Source of the DNA: an uncultured Gemmatimonadaceae bacterium
Lineage (GTDB): Bacteria; Gemmatimonadota; Gemmatimonadetes; Gemmatimonadales; Gemmatimonadaceae
Length of the DNA stretch: 64,000 bases
Assembly (NCBI GenBank): GCA_963829055.1
Contig: CAWHHI010000016.1
Location: forward strand, 96,001-160,000
Direction: 5' to 3'
In this document: piece by piece, positions 41,950 through 52,632 of the stretch
Layout of the letters: every line of letters starts with the position of its first letter
How positions within the stretch are numbered: the first letter of the stretch is position 1
Program-made: the position numbers and the translations under genes
Notes under the pieces: generated by a model
Database searches by the model: none
What the model saw: the letters and a program-made list of their open reading frames with translations, nothing else
What the model was told of the DNA's origin: nothing

Positions 41950-43328
41950 GCGACCACGACGCACACATTCCGTCGCGCGAGGAAGTCGTCGCGATCATAA
42001 CGCGGCCGATTCCGAAGCGACTCGGCACGCTCAGCCTGATCCTCGCGATCGTCGGCTTCGCGATCTTCTTGATCGGCGTGTTCACCGGCAACCCGCGCGC
42101 GTGGCAGGCGTACCATGTGAACTGGCTGTTCTTCACCACGTTCTCGTCGGCCGCGGTGGCGTTCGCCGCCGCACAGCGCATAACGACGGCGCGCTGGTCG
42201 CGACCGACGATCCGGTTCATGGAAGGCTTCGTCGCGTGGCTCCCCATCGCGTTCGTGCTCCTGCTGTTCACGATCGTCGCCGGTAAGCGCGCGATCTTCC
42301 CGTGGATCACGAACCCACCGACGATTCACGAAAAGGCACTCTGGCTCGAGCCGACGTTCTTCTCGATCCGTGTCCTCGCGGTCTTCGCGCTGATCACGTT
42401 GCTCAGCCTGTGGTTCGTGTATCGCACGGTGCGCCTCGACGTCGGCATCATGCCGGAGTGGGGCACGTCGTGGGCGAAGGGCATTCGCGATCGCATGCGT
42501 GCCGGTTTTGGCGACGAACGACGCGAGTTGCACTCCACGCACTCGATGCTCGGCAAGCTATCCGTGGTGCTGTGCCTGGTCTTCGGCTTCGGCTGGACGG
42601 TGCTCGCGTGGGACCTGTCGATGTCGCTCGACTATCACTTCCAGAGCACGATGTACGGCTGGCAGGTCTTCATGGGCGGCTGGGTGGTCGCGCTCATGAT
42701 CCAGTCCATCCTCGTCCGGCTGTGGCGGAACTCGCTGGGCGCGGAAGAACTAATTGTCGACAGGCACTTCCACGACATCGGGAAGCTGTGCTTCGCGTTC
42801 ACGGCGTTCTGGGGCTATCTGACGTTCAGCCAGTACCTCGTCATCTGGTACGGCAACATGCCGGAAGAGTCGCACTTCTTCTTCCTGCGCATGAGCTATC
42901 CGTGGGTGCGGTTCACGGTCAGCGTCGGCATGCTCATGTTCGTCGTGCCGTTCTTCGGCCTGTTGTCGAAGGCGGCGAAGTCGTACACGCCGACGATGAC
43001 GCTGTTCGCGCTGTGCTCCATCGTCGGACTCTGGCTGCAGCGTTACGTCGAGATCTATCCCTCGATCTACGCGGCCGGCCCGGGCGGGGGCGCCGAGGGA
43101 GCCGCCGAAGGCGCCGCGGCAGCGACACGTGCCGCGTTCAGCGCGCCGTTCGGCCTCTACGAGGTGGGCGTCACGTTAGGCTTCCTCGGTCTGTGGGGGC
43201 TCTGCTACCTGGCGTTCATGAACGCGTTCCCGCGCATGCGCGTGTTCATGCTGACGTCGCCCTACCGCGACGAGGTCCAGGTACCGGTCGACCCGAAGAC
43301 GATGGAGCCGCTGCCAGCACACGAGTGA
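41946..43328 (+). CDS. actF: Alternative complex III subunit F
   Basis: Multi-TM; WDLSMSLDYHFQSTMYG, HDIGKL, FSQYLVIWYGNMPEE. Confidence 0.9.
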   Translation: MSDHDAHIPSREEVVAIITRPIPKRLGTLSLILAIVGFAIFLIGVFTGNPRAWQAYHVNWLFFTTFSSAAVAFAAAQRITTARWSRPTIRFMEGFVAWLPIAFVLLLFTIVAGKRAIFPWITNPPTIHEKALWLEPTFFSIRVLAVFALITLLSLWFVYRTVRLDVGIMPEWGTSWAKGIRDRMRAGFGDERRELHSTHSMLGKLSVVLCLVFGFGWTVLAWDLSMSLDYHFQSTMYGWQVFMGGWVVALMIQSILVRLWRNSLGAEELIVDRHFHDIGKLCFAFTAFWGYLTFSQYLVIWYGNMPEESHFFFLRMSYPWVRFTVSVGMLMFVVPFFGLLSKAAKSYTPTMTLFALCSIVGLWLQRYVEIYPSIYAAGPGGGAEGAAEGAAAATRAAFSAPFGLYEVGVTLGFLGLWGLCYLAFMNAFPRMRVFMLTSPYRDEVQVPVDPKTMEPLPAHE

Positions 43329-43338
43329 GCAAGCAACG

Positions 43339-43443
43339 GCTATCAGCTATCAGCTCAACCAAAACCCTCGGGATGCTTCTCTGGCCAGAGAAGCGTCCCG
43401 AGGGTTCTGGTTTGAGCTGATAGCTGATAGCTGATAGCTGTTG
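43339..43443. terminator. Long hairpin with GCTGATA heptamer arms between convergent actF and trxC
   Basis: CTATCAGCTATCAGCTCAACC-AAAACCCTCGGGATGCTTCTCTGG / CCAGAGAAGCGTCCCGAGGGTT-CTGGTTTGAGCTGATAGCTGATAG. Confidence 0.75.
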
Positions 43444-43911
43444 CTATTTCTTCACCAACTGCTGCAGCGCCTTGAGCGGCATGGCGCCGGACGATCGCCG
43501 AGCTTCTTTCCCGCCCTCGAACACGACGACCGTGGGGATGCTGCGAATCGCGAAGGACTGCGACGTGCGCGGCGAGCGGTCCGTGTCGAGCTTCGCGACC
43601 AGCACCTTCCCCTGGTTCTCGGCCGCAAGTTGATCGACGGCCGGCGCCATGATCTTGCAGGGGCCACACCAGTCGGCGTAGAAGTCCACCACGACCGGCA
43701 CATCACTCTCGGCAATCGTTCGGGCGAACGTATCGTCGTTCAGCGCGATCGGGCGGTCGATCAGCATGGGCTTGCCGCACTTGCCGCATTTCGGTCGATC
43801 GCTCGCACGGTCGGCGAGCACGCGGTTCCATGTGTCGCAGAACTGACACCGCACGGTGATGCGATGACCCGCCTGAGTCTGCGCCGCGTCGGGTTGGGCT
43901 GTCCCTGTCAT
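43444..43911 (-). CDS. trxC: Thioredoxin 2 with N-terminal zinc finger
   Basis: CQFC...CGKC plus WCGPC. Confidence 0.9.
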   Translation of the reverse strand: MTGTAQPDAAQTQAGHRITVRCQFCDTWNRVLADRASDRPKCGKCGKPMLIDRPIALNDDTFARTIAESDVPVVVDFYADWCGPCKIMAPAVDQLAAENQGKVLVAKLDTDRSPRTSQSFAIRSIPTVVVFEGGKEARRSSGAMPLKALQQLVKK

Positions 43912-44097
43912 TCGGCTCCCCTGAGGATGGGTCCCTGGATATATTTACCGCGGTTCGAAACCGCCGGACGGTGTTGCTGATTCAGTAATATCGCTGGAGG
44001 CGTGCCAACCGCGGTGGATGGCATTGAAAGCAGGACGGAATCACAGTCCACGTGGCGCGGCGAGTCGGCCGGTGCCACATGGGCGCGGTACAAATCC

Positions 44098-44170
44098 GGG
44101 GCGTTAGCTCAGCTGGGAGAGCGCCGCACTTGCACTGCGGAGGTCATCGGTTCGAGCCCGATACGCTCCA
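44098..44170 (+). tRNA. tRNA-Ala(TGC); CCA not encoded
   Basis: Acceptor GGGGCGT/ACGCTCC with G3:U70, D arm TAGCTCAGCTGGGAGAGC, anticodon stem CCGCA-CTTGCAC-TGCGG, T loop GGTTCGAGCCC. Confidence 0.96.
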
Positions 44171-44258
44171 TGTCCCGGGAACGTTAGGCAGGCAGGAGAC
44201 ACCACAGAACGCGCTCGCGACATTCCGGTCGCGAGCGCGTTCGTGCGATGGTGAATAC

Positions 44259-44864
44259 TCAGCGTTCCGTGCGATTGTTCGCACGCGCGCGGCCGGCGTT
44301 CGCGGACTCTCCACCATTGGCGTCCACCTCGCCGGAAGCTGCCGACCCTCTGGATCCGCTGGACCCACGCGACGCGTTCTGACTCTTGCTCTGATCGTTG
44401 GTCGCTGAGCCCTGAATGGCGGGCTGATTCCCGCTGTTGCGGATCTCGATTTTCCGCGGCTGCGCCAGCGCGGCTTTCGGGATATGCACCATCAGGAGGC
44501 CGTCCTGGAATTCCGCCTCAATGCGCTGCTCGTCGACGGCGCTCGGTAGCTGGAACGAGCGCGTGAAGCTGCCGTAGCTCCGCTCGACTACGTGGTACCG
44601 GCCCTCGGTGTTCTCGCTGGAGGTACTCTGCTTCTCTCCACGAATCGTGAGCACGCCGTTTTCTGCGGTCACCTCGACGTCGCTTGGCTTGATGCCCGGA
44701 AGCTCCACCTCGAGCACGATCTCCTTGTTGTCCTCGCGAACGTCGACGGCCGGCGCCCAACCGGAGGAACGGCGCGAGTCACCACCGAACGTGTCCTCGA
44801 ACAGGCGATCTATCTCTCGTCGCAGACCGAACACCGGTCCAGTGAGCGATCCTCTGTACACCAT
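44259..44864 (-). CDS. Hsp20/alpha-crystallin small heat shock protein
   Basis: WAPAVDVRE, ELPG, LTIRGEK, ERSYGSFTRSF, DGLLMVHIPK; AGGAGG RBS before ATG 44864. Confidence 0.93.
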   Translation of the reverse strand: MVYRGSLTGPVFGLRREIDRLFEDTFGGDSRRSSGWAPAVDVREDNKEIVLEVELPGIKPSDVEVTAENGVLTIRGEKQSTSSENTEGRYHVVERSYGSFTRSFQLPSAVDEQRIEAEFQDGLLMVHIPKAALAQPRKIEIRNSGNQPAIQGSATNDQSKSQNASRGSSGSRGSAASGEVDANGGESANAGRARANNRTER

Positions 44865-45182
44865 CCTGTACCTCCTGTCAGTAAGTCCTTGTGCTGTTAC
44901 CGCCCAACGTGAGGTATTCGTCGCAACCTCCATTCCCGTAGTCGGTTGTGACGCGAAAACACGCGCCGAATTGGCCGCGTTCAGCCTGTGCCCGGGCGAT
45001 TCGTAGCGAGCCCAGCGTGACCTCCGGTCGCCGTCGCCGGTCATCCTGTCCGAGGGCACGCTGCGGGACGGTACCGTGAGCCAGCACCTCCCAACTTCGA
45101 GGATTCTTGGCTCCACCTGCCTTCGCCGCCACCACTGCGGATTCCATCGCCCTGTCGCCGCGGTCTCGCCGGCGTCGCCGCC

Positions 45183-46679
45183 GTGGCTTCACGCTTGGCG
45201 TTGTGCGACGGCGATCCCGATCAGCTTGGCTCCGTCATCGATGCTGCGCGCGAGGCGTTGCGCGCCCACGAGTGCGTGCTCTGGTCGTTCACGCCAGGCG
45301 GGCTCGAGCCGATCGCGTCGTCTGGCGTCCGCGGTATGACCGTGGAGCAGGTGAGTGCGCTACTCGCCGGCCCTGAGCCAGGTCGGAGCGGTGTTGTCGT
45401 CCGCGCGCTGGTCGCGGACGAGCGTGAACGCGTCGGAGCCATCTCGTTTCGCCTCGCGATGTCCCTGAGTGCCGAGGGGCACGTCGTGCTTCAGGTGATC
45501 GCCGACATGCTGGTTCCGTGGCTGGCTCACGCAGAGCGAGCGCGGCAGCTCGAGGTCGAAGTCGCCTTACGGACCCGTCAGAACGACGAACAGCGATGGT
45601 TCATCGAGCGCATCATCGACTCGCTCCCCGTCGGCCTCTACGTCGTCGACAGGCAGTACCGCATCCAGGCGTGGAATCGGAAGCGGGAAACGGGCATGCA
45701 GGGCGTGTCGCGCGACGAGGCGATTGGCCGCACCATCTTCGAGGTGCTCCATCGCCAGCCGGCGGACAGTCTGCGCAGCGAGTTCGATGAAGTGTTCCGG
45801 ACCGGGCGAATGCAGACGCTCCACATGGAGTCGACCGCGAGCGGAGATCCGCGAACGTTCCGCATTTCGAAGATCCCGATGCGGCTCACTGACAGCGGCA
45901 TCACGCACGTCATCGCGATCGGTGAAGACGTCACCGAGTGGCGAGAGGCGCAGGACAGATTCGCGCACGCTGAGAAGCTGGCCGCGATAGGCCAGCTTGC
46001 CGCCGGCGTTATGCACGAGATCAATAACCCGCTCGCCACGATTGCGGCCTGCGCGGAGAGTCTCTCGTTGCGGCTCGATGACGTGCGGCGCGATGGCGGC
46101 ACGCCGCCCAGGGATGGCGACGAGTACCTCAGGATCATCGACAACGAAGTCCATCGCTGCAAACGCATCATCGACAGCCTGCTCGAGTTCAGCCGCCCGA
46201 AGGCAGTGACGAAGGCGGCGACCGATATCAACGAGGTGGTGCAGCACACGCTGTTTCTCGTCAAGCACCATGCGCGGTTCAAGAAGATGCATGTCGAGAC
46301 GCTGCTCAACGACCAGGTGCAGCGCGTGCACGCGAACCGCGAGCAGCTCGTGCAGGTGTTCATGGCGCTGATGATCAACGCCGTCGACGCGATGGACGAG
46401 CGGGGTACGATCACGATCCGCACGCGTCGAGGGCGTGGGCCGCGTGAGGCGGTGGTCGCTGAGGTGGTCGATGAGGGGATTGGGATCCCGCGCGGTGACG
46501 CGTCCAAGATTTTCGAGCCGTTCTTCACGACGAAAGCGCCCGGTCGCGGTACGGGGCTCGGGCTATCGATCTGTTACGGAATCATCGCCGAACACGGCGG
46601 ACGCATCGAGGTGGATTCGACACCCGGTGCGGGCAGCACCTTCCGAATTCTATTGCCGGCCGAGGAGGCCTCTTCATGA
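45183..46679 (+). CDS. PAS-domain sensor histidine kinase (NtrB-like); true start may be near 45107
   Basis: EKLAAIGQLAAGVMHEINNPL, QVFMALMINAVDA, DEGIGI, FEPFFTTK, GTGLGL. Confidence 0.92.
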   Translation: MASRLALCDGDPDQLGSVIDAAREALRAHECVLWSFTPGGLEPIASSGVRGMTVEQVSALLAGPEPGRSGVVVRALVADERERVGAISFRLAMSLSAEGHVVLQVIADMLVPWLAHAERARQLEVEVALRTRQNDEQRWFIERIIDSLPVGLYVVDRQYRIQAWNRKRETGMQGVSRDEAIGRTIFEVLHRQPADSLRSEFDEVFRTGRMQTLHMESTASGDPRTFRISKIPMRLTDSGITHVIAIGEDVTEWREAQDRFAHAEKLAAIGQLAAGVMHEINNPLATIAACAESLSLRLDDVRRDGGTPPRDGDEYLRIIDNEVHRCKRIIDSLLEFSRPKAVTKAATDINEVVQHTLFLVKHHARFKKMHVETLLNDQVQRVHANREQLVQVFMALMINAVDAMDERGTITIRTRRGRGPREAVVAEVVDEGIGIPRGDASKIFEPFFTTKAPGRGTGLGLSICYGIIAEHGGRIEVDSTPGAGSTFRILLPAEEASS

Positions 46680-48055
46680 CCGCGCCGACGACCGGACCGC
46701 GTATCAAGGTACTCATTGCCGAGGATGAGGAGCACCTCGGCACCATTCTCGAGCAGTTCCTCGTCGGGCGCGGCTACCACGTGACCGTGACTCGCGACGG
46801 CAAGGCGGCGCTCGCCGCACTGCGCAGCGAAGCCTACGACGTCGCGCTGCTCGACATCGTCATGCCCGAGCTCGACGGACTCGAGGTCCTTCGCAGCATC
46901 CGCGAGGATGCCGCGCATCCCGAAGTCATCATCATCACCGGCAACGGAACGATCGAGACCGCGATCACCGCGATTCGGCTCGGCGCCTATGACTACCTGT
47001 CGAAGCCGTACCGGATGGCGGAGATCGACGTGCTCGTTAGGCGCGCGTGGGAGCGGCGGCAGCTGACGCGTGAGAATGCGTTGCTGCACAAGCGCCTGTC
47101 TCGCGTGGATGCCGTGCCTGAGATCGTCACGCAGTACGCGCCGATGGAAGCGGTCCTGCAGCTCGTCGGCCGCGTCGCGAAGAGCGATTCGCCCGTGCTC
47201 ATCTCCGGCGAGTCCGGGACGGGGAAGGAGCTCATCGCTCGTGCGCTGCATCGCTTGTCCGGCCGTGGAGCAGGCCCGCTCGTCGACATCAACTGCGAAG
47301 CGATCGCCGACGGGTTGATCGAGACGGAGCTGTTCGGGTACGAGAAGGGCGCGTTCGTCGGCGCCGAGGCGCGCAAGGTTGGTCTCTTCGAGCTCGCCGG
47401 CGGCGGCACGTTGTTCATGGACGAGATCGTGGGTCTCGAGCCGAAGGTGCAGGGGAAGCTGCTGCGTGCTCTCGAGCAGGGCTCGTTCTTCCGCGTGGGC
47501 GGCACGCAGAAAGTCGAGGTCAACGCGCGCATCGTGACGGCCACGAACAAGGATCTCTCATCCGCCGTCGCCGATGGTCGTTTCCGGAGCGACCTGTTTT
47601 ACCGCGTGAACACCATCAGCATCGTGCTACCGCCGCTGCGTGAACGGGCGGTCGACATTCCACTGCTCGCGAACGCCTTTCTCGCGCACTTCGCGGGCAC
47701 GCATCCGCCGCGCCTCTCCGATGAGGCGATGCGCGCCCTGCAGCAGTACCGCTGGCCGGGCAACGTGCGCGAGCTCCGGAACGTCATCGAGCGCGCCGTG
47801 CTGCTCGCGAATGGCGGCGTGATCCAGGCGCGTGACCTCCCACTCACCGACACCAACGGTGCTGCTCGTCCGTCGGAGAATGCGGAGGACGTGTCGCTCG
47901 CTGAGCTCGAGCGAAGGCACATCGAGACCGTGCTCTCCCGAACGAATTGGCACCAGGGTCGCGCCGCGTCCGTTCTCGGCATATCCTCCAAGACGTTGTA
48001 CCGGAAGATTCGCGAGTATGGATTCCACCGCCCACGGGCGGCTAATGGCGGATAA
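46676..48055 (+). CDS. NtrC-family response regulator (REC-AAA+-HTH)
   Basis: GESGTGKE, ELFGYEKGAFVGA, LFMDEI, FRSDLFYR, WPGNVREL, Fis-type HTH. Confidence 0.93.
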   Translation: MTAPTTGPRIKVLIAEDEEHLGTILEQFLVGRGYHVTVTRDGKAALAALRSEAYDVALLDIVMPELDGLEVLRSIREDAAHPEVIIITGNGTIETAITAIRLGAYDYLSKPYRMAEIDVLVRRAWERRQLTRENALLHKRLSRVDAVPEIVTQYAPMEAVLQLVGRVAKSDSPVLISGESGTGKELIARALHRLSGRGAGPLVDINCEAIADGLIETELFGYEKGAFVGAEARKVGLFELAGGGTLFMDEIVGLEPKVQGKLLRALEQGSFFRVGGTQKVEVNARIVTATNKDLSSAVADGRFRSDLFYRVNTISIVLPPLRERAVDIPLLANAFLAHFAGTHPPRLSDEAMRALQQYRWPGNVRELRNVIERAVLLANGGVIQARDLPLTDTNGAARPSENAEDVSLAELERRHIETVLSRTNWHQGRAASVLGISSKTLYRKIREYGFHRPRAANGG

Positions 48056-48723
48056 TGAAAGTACTGGTCATCGAGGACGATCCCACCGTCGGTAACTTCG
48101 TGCGGCGGGGATTGGAGGAGCAGCGTTGGGGAGTACAACTGGTCGCAGATGGTGAAGAGGGTGAGCGCCTCGCGACGTCGGATGCATTCGACATCGTGAT
48201 CCTCGACATGCGACTGCCGGGAAAATCGGGAATGGACGTGTTGAACTCGCTCCGCGCACGCGGGTTCGAGCGGCCTGTGCTCGTGCTCACGGCGCAGGAC
48301 GCGGTGGACGCGAAGGTGAATGCGCTGCGTGCCGGCGCGGACGACTACGTCACGAAGCCGTTCGCGTTCGAGGAGCTGCTTGCCCGCGTCGAGGCACTCG
48401 CGCGGCGTCCGCGCGCCATGGCGTCACCCGCGCTGCGCGTTGGGGACCTCGAGCTCAATCGCGACACGCGCGAGGTGACGCGTGCCGGTGAGCTCATCGA
48501 GCTCACGCCCAAGGAATACGCGGTGCTCGAGTACCTCATGCGTCATCAGGGCCGAGTCATGAGCAGAACCCTGATCACCGAGTATGCTTGGGGGTATCAC
48601 TTCGATCCCGGCACGAACATCGTGGACGTGGTGATCAACCATCTGCGCAAGAAGATCGACGCCAAGCACGACCGGAAGTTGATCACGACGGTCCGGGGAG
48701 TCGGGTACGTCGTAAAGGGGTGA
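48055..48723 (+). CDS. OmpR-family response regulator (CusR-like)
   Basis: LVIEDD, ILDMRLPG, GADDYVTKPF, LTPKEY, TVRGVGY. Confidence 0.93.
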   Translation: MKVLVIEDDPTVGNFVRRGLEEQRWGVQLVADGEEGERLATSDAFDIVILDMRLPGKSGMDVLNSLRARGFERPVLVLTAQDAVDAKVNALRAGADDYVTKPFAFEELLARVEALARRPRAMASPALRVGDLELNRDTREVTRAGELIELTPKEYAVLEYLMRHQGRVMSRTLITEYAWGYHFDPGTNIVDVVINHLRKKIDAKHDRKLITTVRGVGYVVKG

Positions 48724-48726
48724 CGC

Positions 48727-50414
48727 ATGGCGACAATTCGCGCGAAGCTCACCGTTGCGTACACAGGTGCGCTCCTCGGCAGCATTGCGGTGTTTTCCGT
48801 TGCGCTGTACGCGGCGCGCCGTTCGAACGCTGGTAAAGAGGCTCAAACGAGACGTTGCAGTGCAGGCGGACCAGGCGCTTCGCGTGCTCCGCTTCGCGGC
48901 GACGGCGAACGAGCCCGTCACGGTGACGCGTGATTCACTCGTCGGCTCGCAGATCACGCCCCGCATCGCGGCGATTCTCGATGGATTGCCCGATTACGTG
49001 GTCCTGCTCGACAAGGACGACCGCACGTTGTACGTGTCGCCATCGGTGCGCGCGCTGCGGGCGCGCGACGGGCAAGGGGGTGACGTCGGTGCCGATGGCG
49101 GAAGCGACTATGATCGGCTCATGCGCGAGGCGATCGCGCTCGCGCCTGGGTTTTCTGCGTATCCGATCGACGTTGCCAACAACGACGTCATGCTTGTCGT
49201 CCCTGCCGGAGACCGACGCATCAACGGTGGTGACGCGCGTCGTCGTTGGCCGCGACGTCGACCTCGCCGCAGGCTGGTTCCGTGAGTTCCTTGCGACCAT
49301 TCTCGTGGTCGCGCCGCTCATTATCGTAGCGTCTGTCGGCGGCGCGTATCTCATCGCCGGGAGAGCGGTGGAGCCGGTCGGTCGAATGATCAACGAGGTC
49401 GAGGCGATCACCGACGGCCGCAGTCTCCACCGGCGATTGCCCGTGGAGATGACGGGCGACGAGCTGTCGCGTCTGGGCGCCACGTTGAACGCGATGATCG
49501 CGCGACTCGAGACGTCGTTCAGTGCGCTGCGCCGTTTCACGGCCGACGCGAGTCACGAGTTGAAGACACCGCTCGCGGTGCTGCGAGCAGATGTCGAGCG
49601 TGCAATGCACTCCGCGCCGACGTCTGACCGAGCATCTCGTCGCGCTCGAGGAGGCCTTGCAGGAAACGACGCGCATGGCCGATCTCGTGGACAGTCTGCT
49701 GACGCTGGCGCGCGCGGACGAGGGACGGTTCGACCTGTATCGCCAGCCGTTCCAGCTCGAGCCGCTCGTGCATGACGTGTTCGAGACCGCCGTCATCCTC
49801 GGCGAGGACGCCGGCCTTACGGTCACGCTGCCCGGTGGTCGAGAATGCCGACGATCCTCGGCGATCGGCTTCGATTGCGGCAGCTGTTCCTCAACCTCGT
49901 GACGAACGCGATCAAGTACACATCGCGCGGCGGCACCGTGGAGCTCACGGTAAAGCGGAAGGATGGGGAAGTGCTGTTCTCCGTGCGCGACACCGGGATC
50001 GGCATCGCGGCGGGCGACTTGCCGTACATCTTCGAGCGATTCTGGCGAGCCGATCGCGCTCGCTCGAGGCTATCGGAGCGCGGCGGATTTGGTCTTGGGC
50101 TGGCGATCAGCCAGTGGATCGCGCAGGCACACGGCGGCACGCTCACGGTCCAGTCACGCCTGCACCGCGGCTCGACGTTCACGGTGTCGCTGCCCATCGC
50201 GCCTGACGATGCGGTCGCTGATGTCTACTACGACCGGACGTCGGCGATGGCACCGGACGAGCCCGCGTCCGGGCACGACGCGCCGTCGCGCCACACGCGT
50301 CGGCGACTGAATTTTGCCGCCTCGGCGGTACGCATAATCATGCGGTCCGTCGGCTTCGCGCCGTGGCAGGTTAATGATCCGTTGACGGGGCTGACGCGCT
50401 CTGTCCGGACATGA
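48727..50414 (+). CDS. HAMP sensor histidine kinase; about four frameshifts (near 48840, 49205, 49625, 49835)
   Basis: Two TMs, DELSRL, FTADASHELKTPL, NLVTNAIKY, DTGIGI, IFERFWRAD, GFGLGL across successive frames. Confidence 0.85.
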
Positions 50415-50421
50415 ACCACAT

Positions 50422-50437
50422 TGGCGCTTCTATTGCA
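50422..50437 (+). promoter_or_regulatory. Putative sigma54 (-24/-12) promoter for the tonB-exbB-exbD operon
   Basis: TGGCGCTTCTATTGCA = TGGC-N7-TTGCA with exact GG-N10-GC spacing. Confidence 0.55.
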
Positions 50438-50648
50438 TAAGCGCATCGGCACACATGCGGGTTACGCCGGGTTGATCGCCTCGATTTCGGCACCTGGTTA
50501 CGGGCCCGACCATGTGACCGAGCACACAAGCAAATTGTAATTTCGGCTTCACCATTTCTTAATCTTTTTTCCATACCAGCGATAACTCTCCCGGCTAGAA
50601 TCCCGCTCAGAGACCTCGGGTACTCTCGTCCAGCGTTAGGGAGAATGC

Positions 50649-51364
50649 ATGTTCAACAACCTGCTCGAGTCGAAACCCAAGAAGCAGAAACAGACCGGCG
50701 GGACGGTCGCGAGTATCGTCATGCACTCGCTCCTGGTCGGCTTGGCCGTGTACGCGACGGCCAACGCGGCGATCAAGAACGAGAAGCCGAAACAGGAGAA
50801 GATCGACTTCGTCGAGACTCCGAAGGACGAGCCGCCGCCGCCGAAGGACGAGCCACCCCCACCACCGCCGCCCGACGTCGTGGCCGCGCCGCCCCCACCG
50901 AAGGGGTTCCAGGTGCTCACTGCTCCGGTCGAGATCCCGGACGTCATTCCGGACATCGACCTGAGCAAGAAGGTCACTGACGAGAACGACTTCTCGGGTA
51001 AGGGTGTCGCGGGTGGTACGTCAAAGGGCGTCGAAGGCGGCAAGGCGGTCGTGCAGAGCGACCAGCCGTACTTCGAGTTCCAGGTCGAAAAGCCGGTCGT
51101 CCCGGCGCCTGGATCCACGCGCCGCGCTATCCGGACATGCTGCGTCAGGCAGGCGTCGAGGGCGAAGTCCTCGCACAGTTCGTCGTCGACACGACGGGCC
51201 GCGCCGAGCCGAACTCGCTCAAGATCCTGAAGTCGTCGCACGACCTGTTCATCCAGTCGGTGAAGAACGCGCTGCCGCAGATGAAGTTCATCCCCGCCGA
51301 AGTCGGCGGACGCAAGGTGAAACAGCTCGTACAGCAGCCCTTCTCGTTCAGCATCTCGAAGTAA
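50649..51364 (+). CDS. tonB: TonB family energy transducer; frameshift near 51120
   Basis: SxxxH TM box (SIVMH), Pro-rich linker, C-terminal YPDMLRQAGVEGEVLAQFVVD...F.PA. Confidence 0.88.
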
Positions 51365-51386
51365 GCTCACCTGGAGACCAACAATT

Positions 51387-52124
51387 ATGAATCTGTCGCT
51401 GCTCGATCTCTGGCACTCGATGGGCTACTTCGCGAAGGGCATCGTGTACGTCCTCGCGATCATGTCCGTGTACTCGCTCACCATCATGATCCAGAAGTGG
51501 TGGGGGCTCCGGAAGGCACAGCAGGAAACCCGCAAGTTCGCGCCCGAGTTCTCGCAGTTCCTCGAGGAAGACAACCTCACGGAAGCGATCAAGCTCGCCG
51601 AAGGCTACAAGAAGTCGCACGTCGCCCGCGTGCTCGGCGGCGCCCTGAGCGAGATCAAGCCGCTCATTCTCGACGGCTCCGTCACGGTCGCCGACATCAA
51701 CTCGGCCGAGCGTGCGGTCGAGCGTGAAATGCTCATGACGATCGTGCAGCTCAAGCGCGGTCTCGGCGTGCTCGCGACGGTCGGTGCAACGGCGCCGTTC
51801 GTCGGTCTGCTCGGCACGACGATGGGAATCGTCAACGCCTTCACCGGCATGGCCGCGTCGGGCTCCGGCGGTCTGTCCGCGATCTCGGCCGGTGTCGCCG
51901 AGGCGCTCATCACGACGGCGTTCGGTCTCCTCGTCGCCATTCCGGCGGTGTGGGCGTACAACTACTTCCAGACCAAGATCGACAACCTCACGGCCGAGAT
52001 GACGTACTCGTCGAAGGAAATGATCGACTACCTCATCAAGGGCGTGTCCGGAGAGTTCGGCCGCTCGCGCTTCACGCGTGAGTTCAACACCGCCGCCGGC
52101 GGCCAGTCGCCGATCTCGCAGTAA
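51387..52124 (+). CDS. exbB: MotA/TolQ/ExbB proton channel protein
   Basis: LATVGATAPFVGLLGTTMGI, GVAEALITTAFGLLVAIPA. Confidence 0.92.
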   Translation: MNLSLLDLWHSMGYFAKGIVYVLAIMSVYSLTIMIQKWWGLRKAQQETRKFAPEFSQFLEEDNLTEAIKLAEGYKKSHVARVLGGALSEIKPLILDGSVTVADINSAERAVEREMLMTIVQLKRGLGVLATVGATAPFVGLLGTTMGIVNAFTGMAASGSGGLSAISAGVAEALITTAFGLLVAIPAVWAYNYFQTKIDNLTAEMTYSSKEMIDYLIKGVSGEFGRSRFTREFNTAAGGQSPISQ

Positions 52125-52152
52125 TCACTTCGCCCTCGAAGGAGGTATCACG

Positions 52153-52632
52153 ATGGCAATGTCCACATCGATCAGGGGGCGGCGTAAAAGCCGAACCGAA
52201 CGTGACGCCGATGATCGACGTCATGCTCGTCCTCCTGATCATCTTCATGATCGTGATTCCGACCATCAGCGCCGGCTTCAATGCGCAGCCGCCGCAGGGG
52301 GTCAACCTGAAGCCGCATCCTGAAGAGGACCAGGATCAGGTCCTCGGCATCGCGGCCGACGGCCAGTACTACCTCAACAAGTCGCCGATCAAGAACGAGA
52401 CGTTGGCCGAGAAGCTCAAGGCGATCTACGACGCCCGCACGGTCGACAAGATCCTGTACGTCAAGGCCGACAAGAATCTCGAGTACGTCAAGGTCATCGA
52501 CGCCCTCGACATCGCGGCCACAGCACGGCGTTCGCGTGACCGGTCTCATCTCCGATCAGCGGCCAGGGACGATGTCCACCGTGGCTGGTGATAACCTGAT
52601 GGCGCCGGCCAAAGAAGGAGGGAAAGCCCTAA
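52153..52632 (+). CDS. exbD: ExbD/TolR protein 1; indels near 52170, 52525 and the 3' end
   Basis: EPNVTPMIDVMLVLLIIFM, VKADKNLEY; GGAGG RBS. Confidence 0.82.

Noticed and set aside
44098..45180. tRNA-Ala as an integration site for an island
   Set aside because: No integrase, no duplicated tRNA 3' end seen, and no compositional shift.
48727..50414. Histidine kinase as a true pseudogene or programmed frameshift
   Set aside because: All catalytic boxes are intact, no slippery heptamers are evident, and similar indels occur throughout the window.
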